In this document: piece by piece, positions 1 to 11,847 of the stretch
Position numbering within the stretch: position 1 is the first letter of the stretch
Layout: each line of letters starts with the position of its first letter
From: Planctomycetota bacterium
GTDB lineage: Bacteria > Planctomycetota > JAJSAM01 > JAJVHW01
Assembly: GCA_965248445.1 (NCBI GenBank)
Contig: CBDFJG010000003.1
Coordinates: 992,001 to 1,056,000, forward strand
DNA: 64,000 nt
Direction of reading: 5' to 3'
Program-made: the position numbers and the translations under genes
The notes under the pieces: model-generated
What the model saw: the letters and a program-made list of their open reading frames with translations, nothing else
What the model was told of the DNA's origin: nothing
The model's database searches: none

Positions 1-9
1 CTGACGAGA

Positions 10-1041
10 CTAACGAGCTGCCGCAGGCTTGGCGGTCATCGCGCCCGCCGGCAATCCGTCGGCGCCCGTGACCCAGCACGCCGCCATGTGTCCCGGCCGG
101 TGTTCCTTCAGCGGCGGGTCCTCGCTGCGGCAGCGGTTGATGCGCGCCGGGCAGCGGTCGTAGAAGCGGCAACCATCGTACACCTTCGTCGGCGACGGGA
201 TCTCGCCGGTCAGCGCGATCCGCTGCCGTGTCTTCTGGACCTTGGGATCCGGAATCGGGATCGCGGAGAGCAGCGCCACCGTGTAGGGATGCAGCGGCGC
301 GTCGTAGATCGACGCGGCGGGCGCGATCTCCACGATGCGCCCCAGGTACATCACGGCCACGCGATCCGAGATGTGTCGCACGACGGCCAGGTCGTGAGCG
401 ATGAACAGGAAAGTCAACCCGAATTGGCTCTGCAGATCCTGCAACAGGTTGACGACCTGCGCCTGCACGGACACGTCCAGCGCCGACACCGGCTCGTCGC
501 ACAGGATCATCTTCGGATTGAGCGCCAGCGCGCGCGCGACACCGATGCGCTGGCGCTGCCCGCCGGAGAACTCGTGCGGGTAGCGGTTGCGCCACGACGC
601 CGAGAGGCCCACGACCTCCAGCAGTTCGCAGACGCGGTCCACCAGTGCACTGCCGCTGGCGAGGCCATAGTTCTTGAGAGGCTCGGCCACGATGTTCAGG
701 ACCGTCATGCGCGGATTCAGACTCGCGTACGGGTCTTGGAAGATCATCTGCAGGTCCTGCCGCGCCTCGCGCATCTCGGTCGAGGACAGCGTCGCGAGGT
801 CCACGCCGTCGAAGTGAATGCTGCCAGTCGTGGGCTTTAGGAGCCGGATGATCGCACGTGCGGTCGTGCTCTTTCCGCAACCGGATTCGCCCACGAGGCC
901 GAGCGTCTCGCCCGCCTTGACCTCGAAGGAGAGGCCGTCCACCGCGCGCACCGCGCCCACCTGGCGCTTGAACAACACGCCCCGCTCGATCGGGAAGTGC
1001 ACCATGAGGTCGCGCACGCTGAGCAACGGAGAGTCGCTCAT
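10..1041 (-). CDS. oppF: Oligopeptide/dipeptide ABC transporter ATP-binding protein (OppF-like)
   Basis: Walker [27 protein letters not shown]-terminal Cys-rich oligoHPY domain. Start moved to MSDSPLL, which overlaps the upstream stop (ATGA). Confidence 0.9.
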   Translation of the reverse strand: MSDSPLLSVRDLMVHFPIERGVLFKRQVGAVRAVDGLSFEVKAGETLGLVGESGCGKSTTARAIIRLLKPTTGSIHFDGVDLATLSSTEMREARQDLQMIFQDPYASLNPRMTVLNIVAEPLKNYGLASGSALVDRVCELLEVVGLSASWRNRYPHEFSGGQRQRIGVARALALNPKMILCDEPVSALDVSVQAQVVNLLQDLQSQFGLTFLFIAHDLAVVRHISDRVAVMYLGRIVEIAPAASIYDAPLHPYTVALLSAIPIPDPKVQKTRQRIALTGEIPSPTKVYDGCRFYDRCPARINRCRSEDPPLKEHRPGHMAACWVTGADGLPAGAMTAKPAAAR

Positions 1042-2051
1042 CCGGCCACCTCCCCTTCCACGGCGTGCGTCGCCGCGTCGCGCACGTCCACGTGACACGC
1101 GATGCGGCGGCCCGGGGCGATCTCACGCAGCTCCGGTCGCTCGGTCGCGCAGCGATCCACTGCGAAGACGCAGCGCTCCCGAAAGGGGCAGCCGGCCGGC
1201 AGGTTCGCGGGGTTCGGGGGCGAGCCGGGGATGGGCTCGAGCCGTCCGCCCTGCGTGCCGTCGAGACGCGGGATGCTGTGCAGCAGCCCGATCGTGTACG
1301 GCATGCGCGGGTCGGCGAACACGTCCTCGGTGGGGCCTTCCTCGACGACCCGTCCCGCGTACATGACCACGGTGCGCTCACACATGCCCGCGACCACACC
1401 GAGGTCGTGTGTGATCAGCATCAGCGCCGTGCCGTCCCGTTGCCGCTGCTCGTTGATCAGATCGAGGATCTGCGCCTGGATCGTGACGTCGAGTGCGGTC
1501 GTCGGTTCATCGGCGATCAGCAGCTCAGGATCGCACGACATCGCCATCGCGATCATCACGCGCTGCCGCATGCCACCGGAGAACTGGTGCGGGTAGTCGT
1601 CCAGACGCTGTCCGGCCGCCGGGATGCCCACACGGTCGAGCATGTCGGTGGCGCGCTCCCGCGCGGCGCGGCGGTCGAGCCCCAGGTGGAGTTCGATCGC
1701 CTCGGTGAGCTGCAGCCCGATCTTCAGGAAGGGGTTCAGACTCGTCATCGGGTCCTGGAAGATCATCGCGCACTCGCCGCCGCGGAACGCGCGCACGCGC
1801 TGCTTCGACCAGTCGAAGACGTTCTCGCCGTTCCACAGCACGGAGCCGGCGTGGATGCCCGGCGGCGTCGGGACCAGGCGCATCACGGACAGGCTCGACA
1901 CGCTCTTGCCCGAACCGGACTCCCCCACGATGCCCACGCTCTCCCCCGGACGCAGCGAGAAGCTCACACCGTCGACCGCCTTCACGAGACCCTTGTCGGT
2001 CTTGAAGTGCGTGACGAGTTCGCGGACTTCGAGGAGGGGGCGGTCGGCCAT
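1038..2051 (-). CDS. oppD: Oligopeptide/dipeptide ABC transporter ATP-binding protein (OppD-like)
   Basis: [25 protein letters not shown]. Start MADRPLL overlaps the upstream stop (TGATG). Confidence 0.9.
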   Translation of the reverse strand: MADRPLLEVRELVTHFKTDKGLVKAVDGVSFSLRPGESVGIVGESGSGKSVSSLSVMRLVPTPPGIHAGSVLWNGENVFDWSKQRVRAFRGGECAMIFQDPMTSLNPFLKIGLQLTEAIELHLGLDRRAARERATDMLDRVGIPAAGQRLDDYPHQFSGGMRQRVMIAMAMSCDPELLIADEPTTALDVTIQAQILDLINEQRQRDGTALMLITHDLGVVAGMCERTVVMYAGRVVEEGPTEDVFADPRMPYTIGLLHSIPRLDGTQGGRLEPIPGSPPNPANLPAGCPFRERCVFAVDRCATERPELREIAPGRRIACHVDVRDAATHAVEGEVAG

Positions 2052-3535
2052 CAGTTCCGGCCCCTCTGCTGCGGGTCGAACGCATCGCGCAGCCCGTCCC
2101 CGAGGAAGTTCAGGCTGAACAGCGTCACGCACATCGCGACGGACGGGAAGACCAGCATCCACCAGAACTCGCCGTTGTTCCCGAGCGCCTCGCGGCCGCC
2201 GTTGATGAGCGCGCCCCAGCTCTCGAGCGGCAGACCCTGCCACTCGACGGAGAGACCGATGAACGCCAGGAACGACTCCTGGAGAATGACCGCGGGCACG
2301 GTGAGCGTCATGTAGACGACGACGACTCCGAGGACGTTGGGGATCAGGTGCCGCCAGAGCATCCCCCACCAGCTGGTGCCGACCGTGACCGCAGCGTCCA
2401 CGAACTCCTTCTCGCGCAGACTCAGCACCTGGCCGCGCACGATGCGCGCCATGGTCAACCACTGCAGCAACCCGAGTGCTATGAAGAGCACGATGATGTC
2501 GCGTCCGAACGAGATCATCATCAGGATCACGAGGAATAGGTAGGGCAGCCCGAACAGGATGTCGACGATGCGCATCATCACACCGTCCACACGGCCACCT
2601 GCGTAGCCGGACACCGCGCCGTACAGCACGCCGACGAGCAGGCTCACGATCGTGGCGGCGACGCCCACGAGCAAGCTGATCCGCCCGCCGAAGATCAGGC
2701 GGCTCAGCGTGTCGCGGCCCTGCTGGTCCGTGCCGAGCAAGTGCGAGTGCATCAACTGCTTCCCGTCCAGGGTGACGTCGACGACGTCCTGGGGGAACAG
2801 AGTCAGCGACTGGAGCGGCGCGTCGTCACTGCTGCGAGTGAGAGACGTCAGCGTGCCGTCGCCGGCGAACGCCGCGTCGAGCCGGTAGCGCCCGTCGGGA
2901 TCGCGGCCGATGCGCTCGACCTGCACGACGTAGCGCCCGGACTCGTCCGGCTTCCACAGTTCACGGGGCAACTCGTCGCCCTTCGCGAGTTGCGTGAAGC
3001 CGAGGCGATTGCGCGTCTCCGGGTCGCGGAAGTGCTCGCCCTCCTCGAGATCGAGCAGAGCCGGACGCGTGGGGATGGAGCCCGGCGCGGAGACCTGCAC
3101 CGTCTCGATCGTGCTACCCGACGCGATGATGCGTACGCGCGACACCGTCTCTTCCTGCACCTCGAACCCGAGGCTGTGATTCGCCCCGTCGCCCAGGACC
3201 GCCGCGCACTGCGCGGGGACCTCGAATTCCGTCGGCTGGACGCCCGTCGCGAAGCGCATCTCGTTGCGGAGCGACAGGATGCGCGCACCGGGCGGCAGCG
3301 CCCCGGTCCAGCGCTGCTGGGTGGTCGGGTCGAACGGGCTCACGAGCTCCGCGAAGATGGCGGAGAGATTCATCAGGATCGTGACCACGACGCCCACCAT
3401 GGCCATCTTGTTCTTCTTGAGACGGCGCCACGCGTCCTGCCACAGGCTCTCGCCCTGCACGGCCCCGCGCATCTTGGTGCGGACCATCGCCTCGGCTGCC
3501 GCCTCGCGTCCGTAGCCGCCGTCGCCCATGCTCAT
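2051..3535 (-). CDS. oppC: Peptide ABC transporter permease (OppC-like) with a large extracytoplasmic insertion
   Basis: SLWQDAWRRL N-terminus, LGTDQQGRD, EAA-like loop (EFVDAAVTVG), NFLGDGLRDAFDP. Confidence 0.88.
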   Translation of the reverse strand: MSMGDGGYGREAAAEAMVRTKMRGAVQGESLWQDAWRRLKKNKMAMVGVVVTILMNLSAIFAELVSPFDPTTQQRWTGALPPGARILSLRNEMRFATGVQPTEFEVPAQCAAVLGDGANHSLGFEVQEETVSRVRIIASGSTIETVQVSAPGSIPTRPALLDLEEGEHFRDPETRNRLGFTQLAKGDELPRELWKPDESGRYVVQVERIGRDPDGRYRLDAAFAGDGTLTSLTRSSDDAPLQSLTLFPQDVVDVTLDGKQLMHSHLLGTDQQGRDTLSRLIFGGRISLLVGVAATIVSLLVGVLYGAVSGYAGGRVDGVMMRIVDILFGLPYLFLVILMMISFGRDIIVLFIALGLLQWLTMARIVRGQVLSLREKEFVDAAVTVGTSWWGMLWRHLIPNVLGVVVVYMTLTVPAVILQESFLAFIGLSVEWQGLPLESWGALINGGREALGNNGEFWWMLVFPSVAMCVTLFSLNFLGDGLRDAFDPQQRGRN

Positions 3536-4632
3536 CAGTCGTACCTGATCCGCGGGTCGAGGAAGCCGTACGCGACGTCCACCAGCAGGTTGAACACGAC
3601 GAGGATCGACCCGTAGAGGATCACGGTGCCGAGGGCGAGCGTGTAGTCGCGGTTCAGCGCGGACTCGATGAACTCACGGGCGATGCCGGGCACGGCGAAG
3701 ATCTTCTCGACGACCAGGCCGCCGGTCAGGAGCGCTGCCATGGCGGGGCCGAGGAACGACACGACCGGGAGCATCCCGCCCTTCAGCGCGTGCCGAACCA
3801 CGACCGTGGTCTCCGTCAGTCCCTTCGCGCGCGCGGTGCGGATGTAGTCCTGGTGGATGACCTCGAGCATGCCGGCGCGCATCAGGCGTGCGATGCGGCT
3901 CGCGAAGGGGAGAGCCAGCACGACGGACGGGAGGATGAGCGTCTCGTTCCGTGCGAGCAGCAGGATGACCAGGCACGTCGAGATGGTGAGCGCCCCGATC
4001 CATGCCGCACCGATCTCGCGACCGCTGTTGAAGTTCGCCGTGAACGGGAATCCGGTGCGCGACCACTCGAGCGCGCGCCACGCGACGAACAACCCGACGA
4101 GCGCCCACGCCGGCCACCACTGCCACGCAACCTCGTAGCCGGAGACCGGGAACACCTTCCACTTGAGTGCTAACAACAGCACCAGCACGGGACCGGTCAC
4201 GAATCGCGGCACGCTCATCCCGAACATCGCGACGGACATGCTGGAGTAGTCCCACCACGAGTTCTGCTTGACCGCGCCGATGATCCCGGCGACCAGGCCC
4301 AGGGCGAGTGCGAGGACGATCGCGCCGGCGCCGATCACGACGGTCGGCCCGATGGTGGCCGCGATGATCTCGTTGACGGTCTTGTCCTTCTGCTTGAAGG
4401 ACGGACCGAGGTCGCCCTGCACCGCCTTCCCGATGTAGCTGCCGAACTGCTCGAGACGAGACCCTTTGAGATCGTACTTCTCGTTCAGAGCCTTCAGCAC
4501 CTCGGGCGACGTCGCCCGGTCGTTCGAGAACGGACCACCAGGAGCGGCGCGCATGATGAAGAAGCTGACCGTTACGAGCGCCAGCAGCACCAGCGGCATC
4601 GTGATCAGCCGGCGGAGGATGTACCCGGCCAT
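3535..4632 (-). CDS. oppB: Peptide ABC transporter permease (OppB-like)
   Basis: YILRRL, APGGPF, GDLGPSF, DYIRTARAKGL, LDPRIRY. Confidence 0.9.
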   Translation of the reverse strand: MAGYILRRLITMPLVLLALVTVSFFIMRAAPGGPFSNDRATSPEVLKALNEKYDLKGSRLEQFGSYIGKAVQGDLGPSFKQKDKTVNEIIAATIGPTVVIGAGAIVLALALGLVAGIIGAVKQNSWWDYSSMSVAMFGMSVPRFVTGPVLVLLLALKWKVFPVSGYEVAWQWWPAWALVGLFVAWRALEWSRTGFPFTANFNSGREIGAAWIGALTISTCLVILLLARNETLILPSVVLALPFASRIARLMRAGMLEVIHQDYIRTARAKGLTETTVVVRHALKGGMLPVVSFLGPAMAALLTGGLVVEKIFAVPGIAREFIESALNRDYTLALGTVILYGSILVVFNLLVDVAYGFLDPRIRYD

Positions 4633-4675
4633 GCGCCTAGTTCACGCGGCGCCGTGGCTGGTCGCGGGACAGCAC

Positions 4676-4747
4676 GTTGATCAGTTCCACCGAGTTGATC
4701 GAGCGCACCGAGTTGATCAAGAGTACGGAGTAGATCGAGCGCACGGG
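4676..4747. repeat. Four degenerate 18-bp tandem repeats (GTTGATC-N8-C/GGA-like) between oppA and oppB
   Basis: gttgatcagttccaccga / gttgatcgagcgcaccga / gttgatcaagagtacgga / gtagatcgagcgcacggg. Confidence 0.8.
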
Positions 4748-4751
4748 GGGA

Positions 4752-6536
4752 CTACTTCCCCGTCGCCTTCGGTCCGTCGATGTAGATGAACTGGAACGGG
4801 TGCAGGTCCCGGATGTTCTCCATCAGTCCCCGCAGCCGCGGCCGCAGCATGCCCTGATTGACGTAGAAGTAGATTGGCAGGATCGGCAGGTGCTCGATGC
4901 AGAGGATCTCCTCGGCGCGCTGGAACAGCTTCGCCCGCGCGTCGGGATCCTGCTCGACCGCCGCTTCCTTGATGAGCCGGTCGTACTCCTCGTTGCCCCA
5001 GCCGGTCGAGTTGTTGCCGCCGCCGGTGAGGAACATGTCCATGAACGTGTTCGCGTCGGTGTAGTCGCCGATCCACCCGGCGCGCGCGATCTGATACTGC
5101 AGCGTGTCCACGGCCTCGAGGTACGTCTTCCACTCCATGTTGCGGAGCTTCACGTTGACGCCGAGCACCTCCTTCCACATGGAGGAGATGACCTCGCAAT
5201 TCTGCTTGTGGCTCTCGCTCGTGTTGTACAGCAGCTCGACTTCGGGGAAGTTCTTGCCGCCGGCGTACCCGGCTTCGGCGAGGAGCTTCTTGGCCCTCTT
5301 CGGATCGTAGTCCGGTCCCTTCACGCCCTCGTAGCCGTGGATGCCCGGCGGGACGTAGCCCGTCGCGGGGATCTGCCCCGCCTTCAGCGTGTCCCTGCAG
5401 AGTGACTCCTTGTTCACCGCGAGGTTGAACGCCATGCGCACGCGCTGATCGTCGAACGGCTTGCGTGTCGTGTTGAAGCGGAAGAAGTAGCAGCCGAGAT
5501 ACGGCCACGCGTAGTAGTCGGGGTGCATCTGCACCTCGTCGATGCGCGGCTGCGGAACGGCCTTGATCCAGTCCATACTCCCGGCGAGGTACTCGTTGTA
5601 GGACGTGCTGAGGTCGTCCATCGCCCTTGCACGGATCTTCGCGAGCCGGACGATCCCCCGGTTCCAGTACTGCAGATTCGGCTCCAGGACGACCTGGTCA
5701 CGCGGCTTCCACGCCGTCAGGACGAATGGACCGTTGCCGACGAAGTTCTCCGGCCGCGTCCACTGCAAGCCGTGCTCCTCGATCGTGGCGCGGTGCACGG
5801 GCATCAGCGTCTCGAAGCTTGTCAGGTCCAGGAAGTACGGCGTCGAGGCGCCGAGCGTCACGCGGAACGTGTGCGCGTCCACGGCCTCCATGCCCACCTT
5901 CGCGATGTCGGTGACCTTCTTGTTGAAGAACGCCTCCGCGTTTTCGATTGCGAAGAGCTGATACGCGTACTGGCTCGCGGTCGCCGGATCGATGGCGCGC
6001 TGCCACGACCACAGGAAGTCCGCCGACGTGACCGGATCACCGTTGCTCCACTTCGCATCGTCGCGCAGATGGAACGTGTAGACGCGCCCGTCCGGGGAGA
6101 TCTCCCACCACTTCGCAACGCCGGGGATCGCCTGCAGCGTGGACGGATGGTGCGAAGTGAGTCCCTCATAGAGCGCCAGCGCCAGCGTGTGCTCGGGCAC
6201 GCCCGTCATCAGGTGCGGATCGAGCGTCTCCGGCTCGGTGCCGTTGTTGAACACGAACTCCTGCTCGTGCTCCTTCCAGCCGTCGCCCGCGGGGAAGAAC
6301 GCGTCCCAGTCGAAATCGAGCAGCGCCTTGCCCTGGACGGGGATGCTCATGGAGGCGATCGCGGTGCCGTCACCCGTCGTCACGCGGTCGCGGGGCGTCT
6401 TCGTCGAAGCGTTTCCGTCGCCGCCGTTCGCGCCTGCCGGATCGACGGGCGTCGCGCCTCGGCCGTCGTCGCCGCAGCCGGCAAAGAGGCCGACGCTGGA
6501 CAGAAGCACCGTGGCCGTGAGGATCCGCGTACGCAT
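4752..6536 (-). CDS. oppA: Peptide ABC transporter substrate-binding lipoprotein (OppA, SBP family 5)
   Basis: Lipobox LFAGC, EPETLDP, YTFHLRDDAKWSNGDPVT, GNGPF, RAGWIGDY. Confidence 0.9.
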   Translation of the reverse strand: MRTRILTATVLLSSVGLFAGCGDDGRGATPVDPAGANGGDGNASTKTPRDRVTTGDGTAIASMSIPVQGKALLDFDWDAFFPAGDGWKEHEQEFVFNNGTEPETLDPHLMTGVPEHTLALALYEGLTSHHPSTLQAIPGVAKWWEISPDGRVYTFHLRDDAKWSNGDPVTSADFLWSWQRAIDPATASQYAYQLFAIENAEAFFNKKVTDIAKVGMEAVDAHTFRVTLGASTPYFLDLTSFETLMPVHRATIEEHGLQWTRPENFVGNGPFVLTAWKPRDQVVLEPNLQYWNRGIVRLAKIRARAMDDLSTSYNEYLAGSMDWIKAVPQPRIDEVQMHPDYYAWPYLGCYFFRFNTTRKPFDDQRVRMAFNLAVNKESLCRDTLKAGQIPATGYVPPGIHGYEGVKGPDYDPKRAKKLLAEAGYAGGKNFPEVELLYNTSESHKQNCEVISSMWKEVLGVNVKLRNMEWKTYLEAVDTLQYQIARAGWIGDYTDANTFMDMFLTGGGNNSTGWGNEEYDRLIKEAAVEQDPDARAKLFQRAEEILCIEHLPILPIYFYVNQGMLRPRLRGLMENIRDLHPFQFIYIDGPKATGK

Positions 6537-6579
6537 CGAGCACCTCTCTGTTGTCACTTGAACGCTATCTCTCTGACGT

Positions 6580-7665
6580 CTACGCAAGCGGGTCCGCACC
6601 GTCGCCCTGCACGCCGATGCGCTTTGCCCCGGCGACCTTCTCGCCCAGGATGCAGGCGACCTGGTGGCCCTTGCCGAGGTCGTAGATCGGAATCGGCTCG
6701 TCGTCGGACTTGCAGCGATCCTCGGCGAAGCGGCAGCGCGGGTGGAAACGGCAGCCCGCGGGGGGGTTGATGGGCGTCGGCACCTCGCCGGGCAGAGGAT
6801 CGGGGTTCAGTTTGGCATCGGGGTCGGGACTCGGGATCGCCGAGAGGAGCGCCCGCGTGTACGGGTGCACGGGGTTCTCGTAGAGGGTCTGGCTGTCGGC
6901 GACCTCGGCGATGCGGCCCAGGTACATCACCGCGACGCGATGACTGATGTGCTCCACCACGGCGAGGCCGTGCGCGATGAACAGGTACGAGATCCCCATC
7001 TCCTCCTGCAGCGTCTGCAGGAGGTTGATGATCTGCGCCTGGATCGACACGTCGAGGGCGGAGACCGGTTCGTCGCAGACGATCAGGTCGGGCTCGAGGG
7101 CAATCGCCCGCGCGATGCCGATGCGCTGGCGCTGACCGCCCGAGAACTCGTGCGGGTATCGCGAGATGTGGCGGATCGGATCCAGGCCACTCCGTTCGAG
7201 CAGGTGCTGCACGCGCTCGCGACGTTCCTTCTTGCCGCGTACCAGGCCGTGCACAGTGAGCGCCTCGCCGACGATCGACTCGACCGTCATGCGCGGGTTC
7301 AGCGACGAGTACGGATCCTGGAAGATGATCTGCATGCGCCGCCGCAGCGCGCGCAGCTCGCGGCCCTTGATCGCGAAGAGGTCCTGCCCGTCGAAGTCCG
7401 CCGTGCCCGCCGTGACGGGGTCGAGCAGCCGGAGAATCGTGCGGCCCACCGTCGTCTTGCCGCAGCCGGACTCGCCGACGAGTCCGAGCGTCTCGCCGTC
7501 GTGGATGTCGAAGTCGACGCCGTCCACCGCCTTCACCTGGCCGACGACCCGCGAGAACAGGCCCTTGCGGATCGGGAACCACTTCTTCACGCCGCGCACG
7601 GAGAGCACGACCTTCGAGCGGTCCACGTCGCGCGTTGACGTTCCCCAGTCCGACGTCGCGGTCAC
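6580..7665 (-). CDS. Peptide ABC transporter ATP-binding protein (OppF/DppF-like)
   Basis: [32 protein letters not shown] start overlaps the upstream TGA. Confidence 0.88.
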   Translation of the reverse strand: MTATSDWGTSTRDVDRSKVVLSVRGVKKWFPIRKGLFSRVVGQVKAVDGVDFDIHDGETLGLVGESGCGKTTVGRTILRLLDPVTAGTADFDGQDLFAIKGRELRALRRRMQIIFQDPYSSLNPRMTVESIVGEALTVHGLVRGKKERRERVQHLLERSGLDPIRHISRYPHEFSGGQRQRIGIARAIALEPDLIVCDEPVSALDVSIQAQIINLLQTLQEEMGISYLFIAHGLAVVEHISHRVAVMYLGRIAEVADSQTLYENPVHPYTRALLSAIPSPDPDAKLNPDPLPGEVPTPINPPAGCRFHPRCRFAEDRCKSDDEPIPIYDLGKGHQVACILGEKVAGAKRIGVQGDGADPLA

Positions 7666-8699
7666 ACCACACCCCCCTTCGCGAGCATGATCTCGTTGAG
7701 GCGGTGCCACTCCCCTGCGGTCACCTTCTCGGCGTGGTGGCAGGCCACCTGGTGCGGGATGTCCGTCCCGATCTCGCGCAACGGCGGCTCGTCGACGGCG
7801 CACTCGGCGGTGGCGAAGGGGCAGCGGTTGTTGAAACGGCAGCCGTCCGGGAACTCGAGCGCGCTGGGGACCATGCCGGCGATCGTGTCCAACCGGTGCG
7901 CCCGCTCGCCCAGCCGCGGGATCGAACGGAACAACCCCATCGTGTACGGGTGGTGCGGGTGCTTGAACAGCCTTTGGGTCGTGGAGCGCTCGACGATCTT
8001 GCCCGCGTACATCACGCAGACGTGGTGCGCGGTCTGCGCGACCACGCCGAGGTCGTGGGTGATCAGCAGGACGGACATCCCGAGCCGCTCTTGCAGCTCA
8101 CGGATGAGCGTCAAGATCTGCGCCTGGATCGTCACGTCGAGCGCGGTGGTCGGCTCGTCGGCGATCAAGAGCTCCGGGTCGCACGAGAGCGCCATCGCGA
8201 TCATGACCCTCTGCCGCATGCCGCCGGACATCTGGTGTGGGTACTCGTCGACCCGCTTCTCCGGGCTGGGGATGCGGACCAGGCGGAGCATCTCGATGGC
8301 CCGCTCGCGGGCCTGCGGCTTGGAGCGCTTCTGGTGCAGCAGCACCGCCTCCATGATCTGGTCGCCCACGGTGAACACCGGGTTGAGCGACGTCATGGGC
8401 TCCTGGAAGATCATGCCGATGCGGTTGCCCCGCACCTTGCGCATCTCGTCCTCGCTGAGCTGGGCGAGGTCCTGGCCCTTCAGGATGATCTGCCCGGCGA
8501 CGATCTTCCCGGGCGGGTCCGGGATCAGGCGCATGACCGAGAGCGCCGTGACGCTCTTCCCGCACCCCGACTCGCCCACGACCCCGAGCGTCTCGCCGGC
8601 CTCGATCCGGTAGCTGACGCCGTCCACCGCCTTGGCGATCCCCTCGTCCGTGTAGAACCAGGTCTTGACGTCGCGCAGTTCGAGGAGCGGTTCGGCCAT
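7662..8699 (-). CDS. Peptide ABC transporter ATP-binding protein (OppD/DppD-like)
   Basis: [10 protein letters not shown] start, [20 protein letters not shown]. Confidence 0.88.
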   Translation of the reverse strand: MAEPLLELRDVKTWFYTDEGIAKAVDGVSYRIEAGETLGVVGESGCGKSVTALSVMRLIPDPPGKIVAGQIILKGQDLAQLSEDEMRKVRGNRIGMIFQEPMTSLNPVFTVGDQIMEAVLLHQKRSKPQARERAIEMLRLVRIPSPEKRVDEYPHQMSGGMRQRVMIAMALSCDPELLIADEPTTALDVTIQAQILTLIRELQERLGMSVLLITHDLGVVAQTAHHVCVMYAGKIVERSTTQRLFKHPHHPYTMGLFRSIPRLGERAHRLDTIAGMVPSALEFPDGCRFNNRCPFATAECAVDEPPLREIGTDIPHQVACHHAEKVTAGEWHRLNEIMLAKGGVV

Positions 8700-8863
8700 G
8701 CGTTCTCCGAGGGTGGGTCGAGCGGCTCCGGGGGACGGCCCGGACGCGGCGCAAGGATAGCGAATGCCCCGCGTCGCGGCGCGCCTCATCCCCACACCGA
8801 CCGGGGCTGCGGGGAGCCGTTGAGAACACCCTGCGGAAGCCGCTACAGTCCCCCTCCGAGCCG

Positions 8864-10678
8864 ATGACCCGCGACCACAGAGCCCTCGCCCGCGCCCTCC
8901 CGATCCTCGTGCCCCTCCTGCTCACGGGCTGCTGGTTCCCGGAGTCCCAGGGCGCCCCCGATCCGCCGCCGTGGCAGGACATCGACGTCCAGCCCCAGGA
9001 CCGCTCCGACGTGACCGGCGAGTACGGCGGGACGCTCTCGTGGCTCGAGGTAGGCGAGGTCGGCACGTTCAACCCCGTCATGGGCGAGACCGCGATGGAG
9101 AACAACATCAAGAGCCTCGTGTTCGACACGCTGGCTGCGTACGACAACTACCAGTGGAAGTACGTGCCGGGGCTCGCCTGGAAGTGGGACCGCAGCGAGG
9201 ACTGGCTGACGTGGACGTTCCACCTCCGCAAGGGGGTGAAGTTCAGCGACGGAACACCGCTCACCGCCGCCGATGTGGAGTTCACGTATCGTGCCGTGAC
9301 GCACGAGAAGGTCGCTACGAGCAAGAAGGCGTCGTTCCAGGTCGGCAACGCGCCGTTCCCCGAGCTCGAGGTGCTCGACGACCACACGGTGCGGTTCACG
9401 CTCCCGGTCGTGAATGCGCTGTTCCTGGGAGCCGTCTCGGGTCTCGACATCCTGCCGGCGGCCCGGTACGGCCACACGCTGGAGGGTGACGAGCCGACGT
9501 TCGGCGAGCAGATGGTGGCATCCGGCGACCTCTCGACGGTCGTCGGCACCGGGCCGTTTCGCGTCGTCGAGTACAGCGGCGCGGAGCGCGTCGTCTACGA
9601 GCGCAATCCGTACTACTGGCGGATCGCCAGCGACGGCAAGCGCATGCCGTTCGTGGATCGGGTCATCATCCTGATGTCGAAGGACCTCACGTCGCGCTCC
9701 GTGAAGTTCCTGGACGGCGGCGCGGACATGATCACGACGATCCCGCCCTCGGACTACAAGCAGTTCACGCACGTCGAGAGAGACGGCTGGTTCAAGGTCC
9801 ACCGCCTCGGCCTGTCGCTGAACACGAACTGGATCTCGTTCAACCAGCACCCGGGCGAGGCGGACGGGAAGCCCTTCGTCGCACCGCACATGCTGCGTCT
9901 GTTCCAGGACGTGCGCTACCGCCGTGCCGTCAGCCACGCGATCGACCGCGAGAAGCTGGTGCGGCTGTTCGTCCGTGGCAAGGGCGAGGGCATCTACTCG
10001 GGCACGAACCAGGCCAACAAGACGTGGCACGTGCCGGAAGAGCGGTTCCCGTACGACCGCGAGCGAGCCGCCGCATTGTTCGCGGAACTGGGCCTGGCGG
10101 ACACCGACGGCGACGGCATTCTCGAAGACGCCGACGGCAACGTCATCCGCTTCAAGATGATGACGAACGTCGAGAACCCCCTGCGGGTCTCGATCATCGC
10201 GCAGATCAAGGCGGACCTGAACGCCGTCGGGATCGACGTGCAGCTCACGCCCATGAACTTCCAAGAGGTCGTGGGCAAGCTGATGGACGGCCACGACTGG
10301 GACTGCATCCTGCTCGGCTGGGCCTCGAGCGTCCCGCCGGATCCGCTCGGCGGGAAGAACATCCTCCTGTCGAACGCCCGTCTGCATGTCTGGCACCCGA
10401 TGCAGGAAAAGCCGGTCAACGACTTCGAGGCGGAGACGGACCGGCTCGTCATGGCCATGGACGGTCAGCCGGACCCGGTCAAGCGCAAGGTGCTGTTCGC
10501 GGATCTGATGAAGCACCAGTCGGGCGCACAGCCGATCATCTATCTCTACAGCGCCAACGAGTACGCCGCGGTGACGTGCCGCGTGAAGAACGTGAAGGCG
10601 TCGCTGCTACGGCCGCAGACCTGGCACAACATCGACGAGTTGTGGCTGGATGACGGCTGGAGAGAAGCCGCACGCTGA
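8864..10678 (+). CDS. ABC transporter substrate-binding lipoprotein (SBP family 5)
   Basis: Lipobox [35 protein letters not shown]. Confidence 0.88.
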   Translation: MTRDHRALARALPILVPLLLTGCWFPESQGAPDPPPWQDIDVQPQDRSDVTGEYGGTLSWLEVGEVGTFNPVMGETAMENNIKSLVFDTLAAYDNYQWKYVPGLAWKWDRSEDWLTWTFHLRKGVKFSDGTPLTAADVEFTYRAVTHEKVATSKKASFQVGNAPFPELEVLDDHTVRFTLPVVNALFLGAVSGLDILPAARYGHTLEGDEPTFGEQMVASGDLSTVVGTGPFRVVEYSGAERVVYERNPYYWRIASDGKRMPFVDRVIILMSKDLTSRSVKFLDGGADMITTIPPSDYKQFTHVERDGWFKVHRLGLSLNTNWISFNQHPGEADGKPFVAPHMLRLFQDVRYRRAVSHAIDREKLVRLFVRGKGEGIYSGTNQANKTWHVPEERFPYDRERAAALFAELGLADTDGDGILEDADGNVIRFKMMTNVENPLRVSIIAQIKADLNAVGIDVQLTPMNFQEVVGKLMDGHDWDCILLGWASSVPPDPLGGKNILLSNARLHVWHPMQEKPVNDFEAETDRLVMAMDGQPDPVKRKVLFADLMKHQSGAQPIIYLYSANEYAAVTCRVKNVKASLLRPQTWHNIDELWLDDGWREAAR

Positions 10679-11847
10679 TGTGGGTCCTGATCCTCCGCCG
10701 GCTCGCGTTCCTGCCCGTGCTGCTGCTGGTGATCTCGTTCGCGACCTACGGACTGCTCCAGGCGTCCGGCGGAGACTTTTTCCGCAAGCTCGAGGACAAC
10801 CCTGCCGTCGAGCAGGACTACGTCATGAGCCTGCGCCGAAGCGTCGGCAAGGTCATCGAGATCTCGGCCGCCGATCGCGCGCGCAAGCTGGGAGCGTTCG
10901 CCGTCGAGGACGTCGGGTACTCGTTCGACGAGAGCGGAGCACTCCTGCGGGACGGCGCCCTGGCCGACCCGCGGGCCGAACAACAGCGCATCAAGCGATT
11001 CGAGCACAACGGGGACGAGTGGTCCGTGACCCAGCAGGGACGCGTGTACCGGCACGTCGGCGCGCTGCGCGGCTACACACTGTGGCTGTGGAACGTCGTG
11101 CGCGGAGATCTCGGTGAGAGCTTCCAGCACAAGCGCGGTGTCGGGTCCGTCATCATGGAACGGCTGGCGAACACGCTACTGCTCTCGATCGCCGCGCTCT
11201 TGATCGCGTGGGGTCTCGCGATTCCACTCGGCGTGTGGAGCGGCGTGAGACCGAACAGCTGGATCGACCACCTGTGCGGTGGTGTGGCGTACTTCGGGCT
11301 GTCCGTGCCGTCCGTGTTCCTGGCCCTGCTCGCGGTGCTGTTCGCCTACTACACCGGGTGGTTCCCCACGGGTGATGCCCGCGACTCGCTGCGGTGGGAC
11401 GCCATGTCCTGGGGTGAGCGCATCCTCGACGTGGCGCATCATCTGATCCTGCCGGCCGCCGTCGTGGGTCTCACGACGCTGGCGGGTTACATGCGCCAGA
11501 TGCGCGGACAGATGGTCGAGACCATGTCGGCGGACTACGTGCGGACCGCGCGCGCCAAGGGGCTCGCGAACAACGTCGTCATCTTCAAGCATGCGCTCCG
11601 CAACGCGATCAACCCGCTCGTCACGCTCTTCGGGTTCAGCATCGCGGGCCTCCTCTCCGGCTCGTTCCTGGTCGAGATCGTCATGAACTGGCCGGGGCTC
11701 GCCCGGGTGGTCGTGGACGCGGTCTTCGCCAAGGACGAGCCCGTGGTGCTGGCCGCGACGCTCATGACGGCGATCCTGCTCGTGCTGGGCAACCTGCTGG
11801 CCGACATCCTGCTCGGCCTCGTGGACCCGCGGATCCGCGTGAACTGA
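10678..11847 (+). CDS. Peptide ABC transporter permease (OppB/DppB-like)
   Basis: ILRRL, GDLGESF, DYVRTARAKGL, VDPRIR. Confidence 0.88.
   Translation: MWVLILRRLAFLPVLLLVISFATYGLLQASGGDFFRKLEDNPAVEQDYVMSLRRSVGKVIEISAADRARKLGAFAVEDVGYSFDESGALLRDGALADPRAEQQRIKRFEHNGDEWSVTQQGRVYRHVGALRGYTLWLWNVVRGDLGESFQHKRGVGSVIMERLANTLLLSIAALLIAWGLAIPLGVWSGVRPNSWIDHLCGGVAYFGLSVPSVFLALLAVLFAYYTGWFPTGDARDSLRWDAMSWGERILDVAHHLILPAAVVGLTTLAGYMRQMRGQMVETMSADYVRTARAKGLANNVVIFKHALRNAINPLVTLFGFSIAGLLSGSFLVEIVMNWPGLARVVVDAVFAKDEPVVLAATLMTAILLVLGNLLADILLGLVDPRIRVN

Noticed and set aside
4676..4747. Possible mini-CRISPR (also 60307-60372 and 61815-61889)
   Set aside because: Conserved parts are only 6-7 bp, the period is 18-20 bp and there are no cas genes; incompatible with CRISPR repeat/spacer sizes.
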